64,000 bases of DNA from a virus (Duplodnaviria; Heunggongvirae; Uroviricota; Caudoviricetes): IMG/VR virus record IMGVR_UViG_3300013800_000004, positions 1 to 64,000 of that record; one strand, 5' to 3'. Position numbers and translations under genes: made by a program. The notes below the pieces were generated by a model. The model was not told the DNA's origin. It ran no database searches and saw nothing but the letters and a program-made list of their open reading frames with translations. The stretch's first letter is position 1. Each line of letters begins with the position of its first letter. This document shows positions 24,550 to 34,479 of the stretch, piece by piece.

Positions 24550-25274
24550 CAGCGGTCGCTCTTGCGAACAGCGCCTCGGGAGGGGCCTGCGGCTACCCAG
24601 GCCACCCACTTGGCGAGAAGCTCCGGGGTCACCTTGGAGATGAGCTCGGCCTTGAACATCTTCCACTTCTCGTCGTACATGACAAACTCGTTCAAGAGCA
24701 CGTCACGGGTGCCCACGGAGATGGCCCGTGTCGGGGCGCTATCGAGGCCCCTCGCCGCGAAGAAATCACCGGCCTTGCCAGAACGCTTCCCCATCGGGGC
24801 GAGGCCCATGCTCTGGATCTGTGCGATGAGCTTCTCGCGGGTGTCGGAGACCCTCTCTGCCGGACCCTTTCGGGCCGTCCCCGACACCGCCGGGGGGTTC
24901 TTCAGCAGGTCTTTGATAACGTCCATGTGACGCATCACGTCGTCGATGCCGTTGGCACGAGCGAGGTCGGGTGCCCTCTCCAGCAGGGCTTCCAGGAACG
25001 CCTTGGCGTCCATGAGGGTGGGGTTCTTGGTGGTGACTGCTTGACCCGTGGGGGTGAACGTCACCGCGTACCCAGACCCCGTGAGGTTCTTGTAGATCGA
25101 CCACGGCCCACTGACCAGGGCGCTGACGGTCTTGGTCTCCCCTCCGTACAGCTTGAGGTCGATGTTCTGCTTCACCAGGGAAAGGCTGGCGGTCCTGAGT
25201 AGAGGAAGGAGATGGGGGCGGAGATCCGGGTTGGCGTGTGCCAGACGAATGAGGCGTGACCGGAGGGGGTTCAT
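24549..25274 (-). CDS. Hypothetical protein (241 aa) with a conserved N-terminal leader MNPLRSRLIRLAHANPDLRPHLLPLLRTAS
   Basis: Internal ATG of ORF 24549..25325 (that ORF starts from a GTG inside the upstream motif). Upstream CTATGGGCCCGCGAAGTTC. The leader is shared with 12959..13813. Confidence 0.55.
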   Translation of the reverse strand: MNPLRSRLIRLAHANPDLRPHLLPLLRTASLSLVKQNIDLKLYGGETKTVSALVSGPWSIYKNLTGSGYAVTFTPTGQAVTTKNPTLMDAKAFLEALLERAPDLARANGIDDVMRHMDVIKDLLKNPPAVSGTARKGPAERVSDTREKLIAQIQSMGLAPMGKRSGKAGDFFAARGLDSAPTRAISVGTRDVLLNEFVMYDEKWKMFKAELISKVTPELLAKWVAWVAAGPSRGAVRKSDR

Positions 25275-25312
25275 GAACTTCGCGGGCCCATAGACGAAAT
25301 ACCACCCCCGCC

Positions 25313-25326
25313 GGGCGTAATACACC
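25313..25326 (+). promoter_or_regulatory. Class-1 motif GGGCGTAATACACC, about 36 nt upstream of the SPFH gene ATG (with AAGGAG SD)
   Basis: Motif recurrence. Confidence 0.4.
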
Positions 25327-25361
25327 TACGGCGGTGAGTCCGCCAAGGAGTTCGACCAACG

Positions 25362-26270
25362 ATGTCCCGTTTCAGTACCAAGTTCCTGTTCCTCATGGGA
25401 GTCCTCGCCAGCACCATCGCCTGCACCACGGTGGAGCCCGGTCAGGTCGGGATCGAGATCCGCTTCGGCCAGATCCAGGGGGGCGTCCTTCCTCCGGGCA
25501 TGTACGGCACGGTTATCTCCGGGGTGAAGACCCTGTCCACCCAGACCCAGACCTACACCATGGCGGGCGCGGGCACCGAAGGAGCCGGTGATGGCAGCGT
25601 GAACGTGCTGGCTCGCGATCAGCTTCCCGTGAAGCTCGACGTGTCGGTCATGTTCCACCTCAATGGTGATCGGGCCATCTCCGTCTTCCGTTCCTTCGGG
25701 GAGCGGTACGATAACAACATCGTCCACCCCCTCGTCCGCACGGCGGTCCGCGACGCTGCCAGCGAGTTCACCGCCGTGGACCTCATCGACCGCCGTGCGG
25801 AGCTTCAGGCTCGCATGACCACCCTGGTCCGGGGCACGCTGGCTTCAACCCTCCAGGGCCGTCGGGTGAACGCGGATGCTGTGGTCGTGGACAACATCCT
25901 CATCCGCAACATTGATCTTCCCCAGAGTATCGACGAGGCCATCGCCAACGTCCAGCGCCAGCGGCAGATGACGGCGGCGAGCACCCAGGCGAACCTCACG
26001 GCCCAGCAGGAAGCCGCGCGTGCCCTCACTGTCGCCAACGGCGAAGCCGCCGCCCTCATCGCCCGTACCCGCGCCGACGCCGAGATGCTCACGATCCGTA
26101 CGACGGCCCAGGCGAACGCCAACCGTGCCTTGTCGGCCTCCCTCACCCCGGAGTTCCTTCAGTACGAGCGCATCCAGGCCACCCGTGCGGTCCTGGGGTC
26201 GAACGGCACCCGGACGGTGTTTCTCCCGGCGGGGATGTCCCCCAACATGCTGATGAGCGCCCCCCAGTGA
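25362..26270 (+). CDS. SPFH/band-7 (prohibitin/HflK-C-like) domain lipoprotein (302 aa)
   Basis: AAGGAG SD downstream of GGGCGTAATACACC. Lipoprotein signal MSRFSTKFLFLMGVLASTIAC. SPFH core EPGQVGIEIRFGQI…LPVKLDVSVMFHL… with a C-terminal coiled-coil. Confidence 0.6.
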   Translation: MSRFSTKFLFLMGVLASTIACTTVEPGQVGIEIRFGQIQGGVLPPGMYGTVISGVKTLSTQTQTYTMAGAGTEGAGDGSVNVLARDQLPVKLDVSVMFHLNGDRAISVFRSFGERYDNNIVHPLVRTAVRDAASEFTAVDLIDRRAELQARMTTLVRGTLASTLQGRRVNADAVVVDNILIRNIDLPQSIDEAIANVQRQRQMTAASTQANLTAQQEAARALTVANGEAAALIARTRADAEMLTIRTTAQANANRALSASLTPEFLQYERIQATRAVLGSNGTRTVFLPAGMSPNMLMSAPQ

Positions 26271-26659
26271 CGCCGACGCAGAAGATCAAGTGGTTGGTGC
26301 TCAGCGCCCTCGCGGGCTACGCCAAGACCGCCCCCCCTCCGTACCCGTGCGCGAACGTGGACGAGCTCTACGCCGCCGTGGAGCGGGATGGCAACCTCTG
26401 CGACGAGCTTCGGGACGCGATCTCCTTGGTGAGAAACTCGGGCGAGGAGACCGGGCTCGGCGTGGCCTACCGCCATAGCTACGATTCCCGCGCGGTCGCC
26501 AAGCAACTGCCCGACGGGTCTTGGGTCGGGTGGTCGTACTGGCACGGCGGTGGCAAGCATGGAGATCCCAGCTCGATCCCCTGGATGGGGGACGCCTACG
26601 ACGTGACCTCTCACGAGGAGACCCGGGTGGTGCGGGTCTTCAACAAGACCCCCCAGTGA
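26267..26659 (+). CDS. Hypothetical protein (130 aa)
   Basis: GTG start overlapping the SPFH gene stop. Followed by a strong 20-bp hairpin terminator. Confidence 0.5.
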   Translation: MTPTQKIKWLVLSALAGYAKTAPPPYPCANVDELYAAVERDGNLCDELRDAISLVRNSGEETGLGVAYRHSYDSRAVAKQLPDGSWVGWSYWHGGGKHGDPSSIPWMGDAYDVTSHEETRVVRVFNKTPQ

Positions 26660-26669
26660 TCTGAGCGCA

Positions 26670-26733
26670 CCAAACACGAAGGCCCCTGACCCCTGAAGGT
26701 CAGGGGCCTTCGTGTTTGGGCTCAGGCGTTTTC
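26670..26733 (+). terminator. Strong hairpin terminator after 26267..26659
   Basis: CCAAACACGAAGGCCCCTGACC-cctgaa-GGTCAGGGGCCTTCGTGTTTGG (22-bp perfect stem) followed by …GCGTTTTCC. Confidence 0.6.
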
Positions 26734-26852
26734 CCGCGGTTCCATACCTATACAGTGACCCTGTTGTGACGCCCCGCCTCTTGTGAGCTTTTCACACCAA
26801 GGAACACCCCTTGGTGTTCCCGTGAGCTACGGGGTATCACACGGAGTCCCTC

Positions 26853-29800
26853 ATGCCCAGAGACATCACAGGTGGATACGCGCCCCCCGGCGTGTACACG
26901 CAGACCTTCTTCGGTGCACCTCCAACGGTGCCCGGGGTTCCCCCCCTGGTCCCCCTTTACATCGGGACGGGGTCGGAGATCCTGGTCCAGACCAACCTCC
27001 CGGTGGTCCGTGGGAGTTCGTCGTCCGTCGATCAGCAGATCGTCAACGAGGACGAGACGGGGCGCGCGGTGACCAACATCGCCCCCTCGGGTCTTGTCAC
27101 CCTGGGGGCCTTTGACGGCACCTTCAACCGTTTCCAGGTCAGGAACTTCCCCCTGGTCAACGGGGACGGGTCGGGGACGACCGCGGTGGACACCTCGGCG
27201 GTGTCTGTCACCCTCAACGGCGACCCTGTGGTGGTCCTTGGGATTGACGGTGCCAAGGGCATCGTTGAAATCTCGGAGTACCCGACGGCGACAGATGTCG
27301 TGCTGGTCACCTACTACTTCGACCGCACGGACACCCTGGTGACGGACACTGTGTCCGCACAGGTGACGCCAACGGCTGCGATCCTCAACGGCCGCACCGG
27401 TCAGAACTTCACCTTCACGTCGGGCACCAACCAGTTCATGCTCTCGGTGGACGGCCTCCCCGAGGTGACAGTCACCCTCCCCATCTCGACGGTGACGGGC
27501 GCGGTGGTGGTTGCGACCATCAACGGGACGGCGGGCATCGGGTCGCTGGTGGCAAGCACCTTTGTGGACAACCTCGGTCAGACCTGTGTGCGCCTCACGG
27601 CAGACAAGTCCATCGTGGTCGGTGCGGGCTCCGCCAACGATGTGATCGGGTTCGTGGCCAACGATGCCACCTCGCGGAACGCCACGTTCGTGGTGTTCAA
27701 CCACCCCATCGTGAACGGCAGCGGCGGTGGTGTTACCACCACCAACCCGCTGGACGTGCGGGTGCTGGTGGACTCCGTCCAGGTGACCCCGACGGCGGTC
27801 AACGGTCGTACAGGATCGGTCACTCTCCCGTTTGCGCCCAAGCGCGGGAGCGTGGTGACGATCCAGTACTACTTCAACTCCTGGCAGGACACGTTCGACT
27901 ACCTTGCCAACACGGGCGTCACGGCGATCACCCGGGCGGGCATCACGGCGACATCGAACGGGGCGGGCCTGTTCATCCAGGGTGCGGACTACATCCTCAA
28001 GAACGACACCATCGTGTGGGGCACCTCGGTGCTCGTGAACACGGGGCTGCACACGGAGGGTTCGACTGCCTTCGGTAGCACCCAGGTGACGGCGAGCTTG
28101 GTGGACAACCAAGCGTTCATGGCGGAGTGTTCCCGGGTGCTCACCACCTCGGGCACGATCACCACGGAGTCCAAGACTCAGTTCCAGCTTCCGTTCCAGC
28201 CCACAACGGGCAACGGTCGGAACTCCCCCTTGGGCACGACCAACTACCTCACTGTGTCCAACGGCCGCATGGACCTCCCGACGGACCAGCCCGACCTTGT
28301 GGTGGCCTACTGGGGATTCGGCGTCCAGGATGCCTACCAGCGCGGCCCCGTCACGGTGACCAAGGTGGACAGCGCCACCAGCACGATCACCCTGGCTGGG
28401 GATGTGCCCGTGGGCGCGACGGTGTACGCGACCTTCTACTACAACACCCTGACGGACCAAGCGTTCATCGGGTCGTCCCGTGGGTACACCCTCACCTGTG
28501 CGGCATCAGGCACCTCGGGTGCGGGTACGTACACGATCACGGACGGGTTGAACCTCCCGGTCTATGGCGTGACCTTCCTGGGCAAGGGAGCAGCCCTGAA
28601 CACCATCGAGGTGATGTTCCCGAGTGGTTCGGAGTTCGTCTCCGATGCCCGGCTGGAGAACGGGGCCCCCACCCTGGAGACGGTGACCGTCCAGTTTGCG
28701 TCCACAGACGAGACTCCGGCCAAGTTCACCGTTCCGGGCGCGAGCCCGTACAACACAGTGTCGGGCCAGTCCTCGAACCTTCGGGTGACCATCGACGCCG
28801 TCGCTGGCACCACGGGCGCGGCGGGTGGCATCAACCTCACGGCCCCCACGGGTTCGAGCCGGGGTGGTGCATTCGCATCCATGCTGGGTGACGAGGCCCC
28901 CTACACGGCGGCTTCCGGTGAGGTCACCTTCCCCATCACGGCGGGGGTGGACGACACCGTCTCGGTCCTCGTGGACGGGGTGTCCATCACGGCAACCGCC
29001 GCAGCGGGTGGGGCTCAGGACCTCACGGCTTTCCGTGATGCCATCAACACCGCGGTGCTGGCCACCGACCCGTACCTCACCGGGGCAGGCAGCTTCCCCA
29101 GTGGTTACACGGTCGTGGCGAGCGAGTACGACCGCCTCAACCTCCACTACACGGGGTCGGTCGGGGGTGCTTCGGGCAACCAAGTTCTCACCTTCACCCC
29201 CGCGGCGTACACGACCGTGGCCCTCTTGGCCACCGAGATCAACACCCAGCTTGCCACCATCAATGGCCTGGGCGGCCTCGGCGCCTCGGTGACCTGTGCC
29301 GCCACGGCAGACAGCAAGCTCCGGTTCACCATGGCCCTCGCCCTGGCGATGAGCACCCTCACCGCGGTGGGCCTCCCGACGGCGGGTGACACGGTCACCC
29401 TCAACGGCAAGGTGTACACGTTCACGTCGCCCCTTGGAGGCGCAGACGGAGACGTCCTCATCGGTCTGTCGGCCAGCGCGTGCCTCGACAACCTCATCGC
29501 TGCGATCACCCTGGGTGCAGGCTCGGGTGTGACATACGCGGCTGCGACCACACTCCACCCGACGATCACCGCGGAGGCCGGTCCTGGCGACACCCTGCGG
29601 GCATACGCCAAGAGCCGGGGCTCGGCGGGCAACCTCCTCACCACGGCGGCATCCATCACTGGCCCCTCGGTGTGGGGATGGACGGGTCTCACCCTCGCGG
29701 GTGGTGACGACGCAGGGTTCCTGGAGTTCATCAACGATGCCACCCCGGCGCGGGACTTCGCGATCATCGCGGGCATCGACGCGGGTGCTGCAACCCTGGG

Positions 29801-32129
29801 TGTCCAGACCAAGCTGGTCAACGGCCCCATCGCCAGCGTGTACACGGTCACGGCGGCATCGGGACGCAAGCCCTACGACCGCCTCGCCCTCCGCAACCGG
29901 GTGTTCCCTGGCAGCGGCAGCGTAGCCCCGTGGAGCGCCCTGTCTCAGATGGGAATCCAGTCCCAGGGTGGCAACGGTGCCGCTCTTGCGGGTCTGCCCT
30001 CGGGCCTCCTCGGTGAGGGTTCCTGGGGTGGTGGGGTCTACTCCCCGACTCTCCTTGGTTCGGTGGGCTGGAGTGGTGGGCAGGCGACCGGCTACGTAGA
30101 CGCACGGGACGGTCAGCCCAACGTGGTGTTCTACGACGGGTCGGGCACCGAGGCAGCCAACAACGTCCTCAAGCTCACCCTGAACGGGTCGCTGGTGACG
30201 GTGGTGTTCTCCGCCACCGACGTGGGCAAGGACACGGCCCTCGGCCCTGCATCTGTGTCCGGGTCGGTCCTTGGGGTCATCAACGCGGCGCTCCCCTCGG
30301 GTGTGGTCGCTGCCCAGGAGGGCGCATCCATCCGGTTCTACGCGACGGGCACCGAGTACTTCTCGGAGTCGGCCCAGTTCATCGTGGGTGACGGCTCGGC
30401 TAACGAGACCCTGGGTCTCACCTCGGGTGACGTGGCAGCAGCCACCCCGATCACGGCCAAGCAACTGGCTTCGACCCTGACGAGCCACATCGCCACGGGG
30501 GACTTCGCGGCGTGGATGTTCCTCCCGTCCACCTCGTCCGCGGGCTACTTCTCGGCCAAGGCTCTCGCCACCACGGTGACCGGAGCCACGGGCGATGAGT
30601 ACCTGTCTCTCCAGAGCAAGACCCTCGGGACTGCGTCGAGCTTCTTGTTCGCCAACGCCACCACCAACGACGCCCTCCGCACGAGGTCGGGTCTGGGTGT
30701 GGTTTCGGGTGATGGTAGCTCGGGGGAGCCCGCACTCAACGGGTTCTTCGTCACCTCGTCGGATCCCACCAGCGGATCGGGCAGCGCGGACACCTCGGTG
30801 TTCAACGCGGGGGTCGGTCAAGACGGGTTCGTGGGTCAGACCTACGTGGACGACGTGACGGGTCTGACCTTCACGGTCCTCCCCCGTGCGGGCGGGCTGT
30901 CGTACCCCACGGGTGCAACGTCCACCCTGTCGTTCCGGGTGTCCACCAACTTCGTGACGGATGCCAACATCCCCACGCTGGCCATCCCCGGTCTGGAGCT
31001 CGTGGTGGCCAACACCGTGGGTGTCCCGGTGGGGGACACGGCCCTGGTGGAGACCTTCAAGCGCGGAGGGTCGGAGCCCAACATCGGGGAGGTGTACTAC
31101 GTCTCGTACAACTACCTGAAGACGGACTTCTCCCCCAAGCTGTTCTCCCGTCTCTCGGACGTGGTGAACGAGTATGGGCCGGTGTCCCCGGACAATCCCC
31201 TGTCCCTCGCCGCGTACTTCGCGTTCCTCAACGGTTCGTCGGTCATCGGGTGCCAGCAGGTGCCCAAGACCCCGGGCCTGTCCACGGCGTCCGAAGCCGC
31301 ATACACGGCAGCCATCGACCTGTCCTCGGGGCCGTCGCTCCCTGGCTTTGTGTCCCCCGCAGTCCTGGTGGTCCTCACCCCGGCCACGGAGAACCTCGCC
31401 AAGTACATGACGATCCACTGCGACGTGCAGAGCTCGATTCGCTACAAGGCGGAGCGCACGGCGATCTTCGGGTTCGGTTCGGGCACCCGCACCGATCAAG
31501 CCCTCGCCATCGCGGCAGTGGCGGGAGACACCAGGGTCCGGTTCGTGTACCCTGACATCGCATCCGTGTCCCTCACCGACGTACTGGGCGTCACCCGGAC
31601 CTACTTGGTGGACGGTCGGTACCCGGCGGCAGCAGTCGCCGCGGCCACCACGGCGTCCACCATCGACCCGGCCACCCCGTGGGAGTCGCGTCAGATCGTC
31701 GGGTTCACGGCCCTCAACCGCCGCCTCGACGCGGTCACGGCCAACCAACTGGCAGTGGGCGGTATCACGGTGCTGGAGAACCGGCCCCCGTTCATCCGCA
31801 TCCGCCACGGCGTCACCTCGGACGTGACCAACATCCTCACCAAGACCCCGACCGTGATCCAGATCGCGGACGAGATCCAGAAGAGGGTGCGGGCAGTCTG
31901 CTCCCCGTTCATCGGGGCCAAGTTCCTCCCGCAGATTCTCGGCCAGATCGAAGGCCGCCTGTCGGAGATGTTCAAGCAGGCCGTCGCAGAACAGATCATC
32001 ACCACGTTCACCGGCATCACCGTGAACGTGGACCCGACGGACCCGACGGCGGTCATCGTGGAGGCGTACTACCAGCCCGTCTGGCCGCTCCTCTACGTGC
32101 AGATTTCGCTCCGCGTCAGCGCACAGTAG
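26853..32129 (+). CDS. Giant (1758 aa) T/G/S/V-rich structural protein, possibly a tail sheath with large insertions
   Basis: ATG with GGAG upstream. N-terminal …GGYAPPGVYTQTFF resembles the sheath PGVY motif. C-terminus …ITVNVDPTDPTAVIVEAYYQPVWPLLYVQISLRV. It lies directly upstream of the tube, chaperone and tape-measure genes. The antisense ORFs 26748..28460 and 28506..32318 are artefacts. Confidence 0.6.
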   Translation: MPRDITGGYAPPGVYTQTFFGAPPTVPGVPPLVPLYIGTGSEILVQTNLPVVRGSSSSVDQQIVNEDETGRAVTNIAPSGLVTLGAFDGTFNRFQVRNFPLVNGDGSGTTAVDTSAVSVTLNGDPVVVLGIDGAKGIVEISEYPTATDVVLVTYYFDRTDTLVTDTVSAQVTPTAAILNGRTGQNFTFTSGTNQFMLSVDGLPEVTVTLPISTVTGAVVVATINGTAGIGSLVASTFVDNLGQTCVRLTADKSIVVGAGSANDVIGFVANDATSRNATFVVFNHPIVNGSGGGVTTTNPLDVRVLVDSVQVTPTAVNGRTGSVTLPFAPKRGSVVTIQYYFNSWQDTFDYLANTGVTAITRAGITATSNGAGLFIQGADYILKNDTIVWGTSVLVNTGLHTEGSTAFGSTQVTASLVDNQAFMAECSRVLTTSGTITTESKTQFQLPFQPTTGNGRNSPLGTTNYLTVSNGRMDLPTDQPDLVVAYWGFGVQDAYQRGPVTVTKVDSATSTITLAGDVPVGATVYATFYYNTLTDQAFIGSSRGYTLTCAASGTSGAGTYTITDGLNLPVYGVTFLGKGAALNTIEVMFPSGSEFVSDARLENGAPTLETVTVQFASTDETPAKFTVPGASPYNTVSGQSSNLRVTIDAVAGTTGAAGGINLTAPTGSSRGGAFASMLGDEAPYTAASGEVTFPITAGVDDTVSVLVDGVSITATAAAGGAQDLTAFRDAINTAVLATDPYLTGAGSFPSGYTVVASEYDRLNLHYTGSVGGASGNQVLTFTPAAYTTVALLATEINTQLATINGLGGLGASVTCAATADSKLRFTMALALAMSTLTAVGLPTAGDTVTLNGKVYTFTSPLGGADGDVLIGLSASACLDNLIAAITLGAGSGVTYAAATTLHPTITAEAGPGDTLRAYAKSRGSAGNLLTTAASITGPSVWGWTGLTLAGGDDAGFLEFINDATPARDFAIIAGIDAGAATLGVQTKLVNGPIASVYTVTAASGRKPYDRLALRNRVFPGSGSVAPWSALSQMGIQSQGGNGAALAGLPSGLLGEGSWGGGVYSPTLLGSVGWSGGQATGYVDARDGQPNVVFYDGSGTEAANNVLKLTLNGSLVTVVFSATDVGKDTALGPASVSGSVLGVINAALPSGVVAAQEGASIRFYATGTEYFSESAQFIVGDGSANETLGLTSGDVAAATPITAKQLASTLTSHIATGDFAAWMFLPSTSSAGYFSAKALATTVTGATGDEYLSLQSKTLGTASSFLFANATTNDALRTRSGLGVVSGDGSSGEPALNGFFVTSSDPTSGSGSADTSVFNAGVGQDGFVGQTYVDDVTGLTFTVLPRAGGLSYPTGATSTLSFRVSTNFVTDANIPTLAIPGLELVVANTVGVPVGDTALVETFKRGGSEPNIGEVYYVSYNYLKTDFSPKLFSRLSDVVNEYGPVSPDNPLSLAAYFAFLNGSSVIGCQQVPKTPGLSTASEAAYTAAIDLSSGPSLPGFVSPAVLVVLTPATENLAKYMTIHCDVQSSIRYKAERTAIFGFGSGTRTDQALAIAAVAGDTRVRFVYPDIASVSLTDVLGVTRTYLVDGRYPAAAVAAATTASTIDPATPWESRQIVGFTALNRRLDAVTANQLAVGGITVLENRPPFIRIRHGVTSDVTNILTKTPTVIQIADEIQKRVRAVCSPFIGAKFLPQILGQIEGRLSEMFKQAVAEQIITTFTGITVNVDPTDPTAVIVEAYYQPVWPLLYVQISLRVSAQ

Positions 32130-32205
32130 TGAAATCACTGGGGTTTCTGGTAACCCAGAGCTCCAGTTGACAGGGTGAGTGGGTTCATGGTAAGGTTCTA
32201 CTACC

Positions 32206-33468
32206 ATGAACCCACCCGACCCGCTCACCTGTCCCGTCTGCACCCAATCCTTCAACACCCCCAAAGGGCTCCCAAACCACTTCCGGCATCGTCGGGATGC
32301 AGGGGACGCTCTGCACATCGCCTACGAGACCGCACAGGAGAACGCCCGGTGGGAGCACCTCACGGAGGGTGCCGACTATGTGCGGTGTCTGGAGTGTGGG
32401 CATCGTACGGTCACCCTCGCCCGCCACCTCAAAGGTGAGCACGGCATCACGGCGGACCAGTACCGGGTGAAGCATGGGACGCACACCCCTATTCGCTGCG
32501 ACGCCCTCAAGGCCAAGCGTGGGGCAGCCATCTCGGCGCGACCCATCACCAAGGGTGAGGTGAAACAGGTGTCGTGCCCGACGTGTGGAGGTACATGGGA
32601 GGGGTCAAAGTACCTTGGGGCAGTCCACGACCTTCGATGCCCTGTGTGCCGCGAACGGGAGTGGGAGGGGAAGTCGGAGCCCCAAGACTTCGTGACGTGC
32701 CGGGTGTGTGGCCACCGGGCCGAGAACCTCACGTCCCACATCACCAAGGACCACCCACACCTTCTGGGCACTTACCGCAATGCCTACCCCGGGGCAGAGT
32801 TGGTTGCTCTGTGTAGCCCTGTGAGGGACAAAATGGCGACCCGTGGGGTGCCCCGGTCGTTTGCATTCAAGCTCAGGGTCTCACAGGGGAAACTGGCATC
32901 TGGGTTCCGGCACTCAGCACGCTCCCGTGCGATGATGTCCACGTCTCAGAAGGCAGTGGGGCGTACGGTGCTGTTGAGCATGTCAGTGCTTGGTGGTTTT
33001 CGTCTCATGAACGGGAAAATCTCAGTCGGCAAGGCGATGTCAGGTTTGGGGAGGTGCCGTGAGGTGATCCGCCGAGAGTGCATCCGTCACGGGCTCGCGT
33101 ACCACAACTGCCTCGTGTCCCAGGACAGGTTCTTAGGCATTCTGTCTAGGATTCTCGGGTGTGAACCTCACCGGGAGTGGTCGTCAGACATGTTCGTGAA
33201 CCCGCGGTCAGGCAGGCGGTTCAAGTTCGACGGGTACTGGGAGTCACACAACCTCTTGGTGGAGTTCCAGGGTTACCAGCACAGGGTGTACCCCAACAGG
33301 TTCCACCACACGGAGGAAGACTTCATCGACGCCCAGTGGCGAGATGATGAGAAACGTCGTCAGGTAGCAGTAGGGACCCACCGCTACCTGGAGGTCCACG
33401 ACCATGAGCCCTGGGGGGACGAGACGTACCTCCGTGAACGTCTTCGTGCCCTTGGTCTCCCTGTCTGA
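32206..33468 (+). CDS. Free-standing nuclease with multiple C2H2/C2HC zinc fingers and a C-terminal PD-(D/E)xK Vsr/DUF559-like domain; paralog of 479..1957
   Basis: Fingers LTCPVCTQSFNTPKGLPNHFRH, VRCLECGHRTVTLARHLKGEHG (MucR/Ros-like), VSCPTCGG…, VTCRVCGHRAENLTSHITKDH. C-terminus RFKFDGYWESHNLLVEFQGYQH…DAQWRDDEKRRQVAVGTHRYLEV. Confidence 0.6.
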   Translation: MNPPDPLTCPVCTQSFNTPKGLPNHFRHRRDAGDALHIAYETAQENARWEHLTEGADYVRCLECGHRTVTLARHLKGEHGITADQYRVKHGTHTPIRCDALKAKRGAAISARPITKGEVKQVSCPTCGGTWEGSKYLGAVHDLRCPVCREREWEGKSEPQDFVTCRVCGHRAENLTSHITKDHPHLLGTYRNAYPGAELVALCSPVRDKMATRGVPRSFAFKLRVSQGKLASGFRHSARSRAMMSTSQKAVGRTVLLSMSVLGGFRLMNGKISVGKAMSGLGRCREVIRRECIRHGLAYHNCLVSQDRFLGILSRILGCEPHREWSSDMFVNPRSGRRFKFDGYWESHNLLVEFQGYQHRVYPNRFHHTEEDFIDAQWRDDEKRRQVAVGTHRYLEVHDHEPWGDETYLRERLRALGLPV

Positions 33469-33567
33469 CCCACCCCCGGTTCCCCTCCTATACTCCAGGC
33501 ATGGACAACAGCACCGCGTCCTTGCGGGTGCGGCGGTAGCAACCCTATCGGCCCGGAGAAGTAGACC

Positions 33568-34407
33568 ATGCCCAACCAAGACCGCAGCCCCGCCAACGGT
33601 TCGCAAGGATCCAGCTACTTGTACGACTACGGAACCACTCCGAACACCCGCACCGCGGTGTCTCAGAAGGTCCGTATTCTCGCGCCGGTCTTTGGTGCGA
33701 CGACCCCGGCCCTCTACCAGATGGGTGTGGTGAGCTCGTTCAACCCGACCAGCAGCCGCACGGTGGAAGAGATCCGAGGCATTGGCTACGGCGACATGAT
33801 CGCGGAGCTCGTGCCCAGCATCACCGGGGCGACCACGGCGAGCATCGAGCGTGCACTTCTGTACCTCTCGAACCTCTGCCAAGCCTTGGGCTACGCGGGT
33901 GGTGTGGATGGCCCGGTGCGTTCCCTCGCGCACCACCGCTGGCCGTTCGACATCGAGATGCAGCTGGTGTTCTCGTCCCTCGCGGACATGGACCTGGGTG
34001 TCGCCAACAAGGGCACCAGCGCACCGACAGGTGCGGCGAGCACGGGCTTCGGACAGGGCGTCCGTCCCGTCCGCTACCCGAACCTCGCCACGGGACAGCC
34101 CACCACGGGCCCATACCCAGGCACAGGGACACTGGGTCACAGTGCCATCATCACCATGTACGAGGCTTGCTGGCTGACCTCCTGGGGTGTCTCGGGTTAC
34201 TCCAAGGATTCGGGCCAGATCATGGAGACCGGCGAGTGCATGGTGTCCGACGTTCACGACTTCGCCAGCACCTACGGCGAGTTCCTGCCTGGAGGTAACG
34301 ATCCAAGTGCTGGACAACTCGGATCAATCCGGTACGGTGCTGCTTCGCGCTACAGCACGGGTGACAGCCTCACCTCGGGTGGCTCATCCCCGGGCGTCAC
34401 GATCTGA
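33568..34407 (+). CDS. Putative tail tube protein, assigned from position only (279 aa)
   Basis: ATG with GGAG SD. It lies between the sheath-like gene and the chaperone-like genes. No motif-level support. Confidence 0.45.
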   Translation: MPNQDRSPANGSQGSSYLYDYGTTPNTRTAVSQKVRILAPVFGATTPALYQMGVVSSFNPTSSRTVEEIRGIGYGDMIAELVPSITGATTASIERALLYLSNLCQALGYAGGVDGPVRSLAHHRWPFDIEMQLVFSSLADMDLGVANKGTSAPTGAASTGFGQGVRPVRYPNLATGQPTTGPYPGTGTLGHSAIITMYEACWLTSWGVSGYSKDSGQIMETGECMVSDVHDFASTYGEFLPGGNDPSAGQLGSIRYGAASRYSTGDSLTSGGSSPGVTI

Positions 34408-34416
34408 AATCAAGAC

Positions 34417-34450
34417 GGGCTCATAGGGTGTTGAAGCACCCTACGAGCCC
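34417..34450 (+). terminator. Hairpin after the putative tube gene
   Basis: GGGCTCATAGGGTG-ttgaag-CACCCTACGAGCCC (14-bp stem, 1 mismatch). Confidence 0.4.
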
Positions 34451-34479
34451 TAAGCACTCAACCTGGACAAGAGGTCAAG

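Noticed and set aside
28506-32318. 1270-aa minus-strand ORF (also 26748..28460)
   Set aside because: Antisense to the 1758-aa structural gene. The composition is extreme R/G/D-rich with no motifs.
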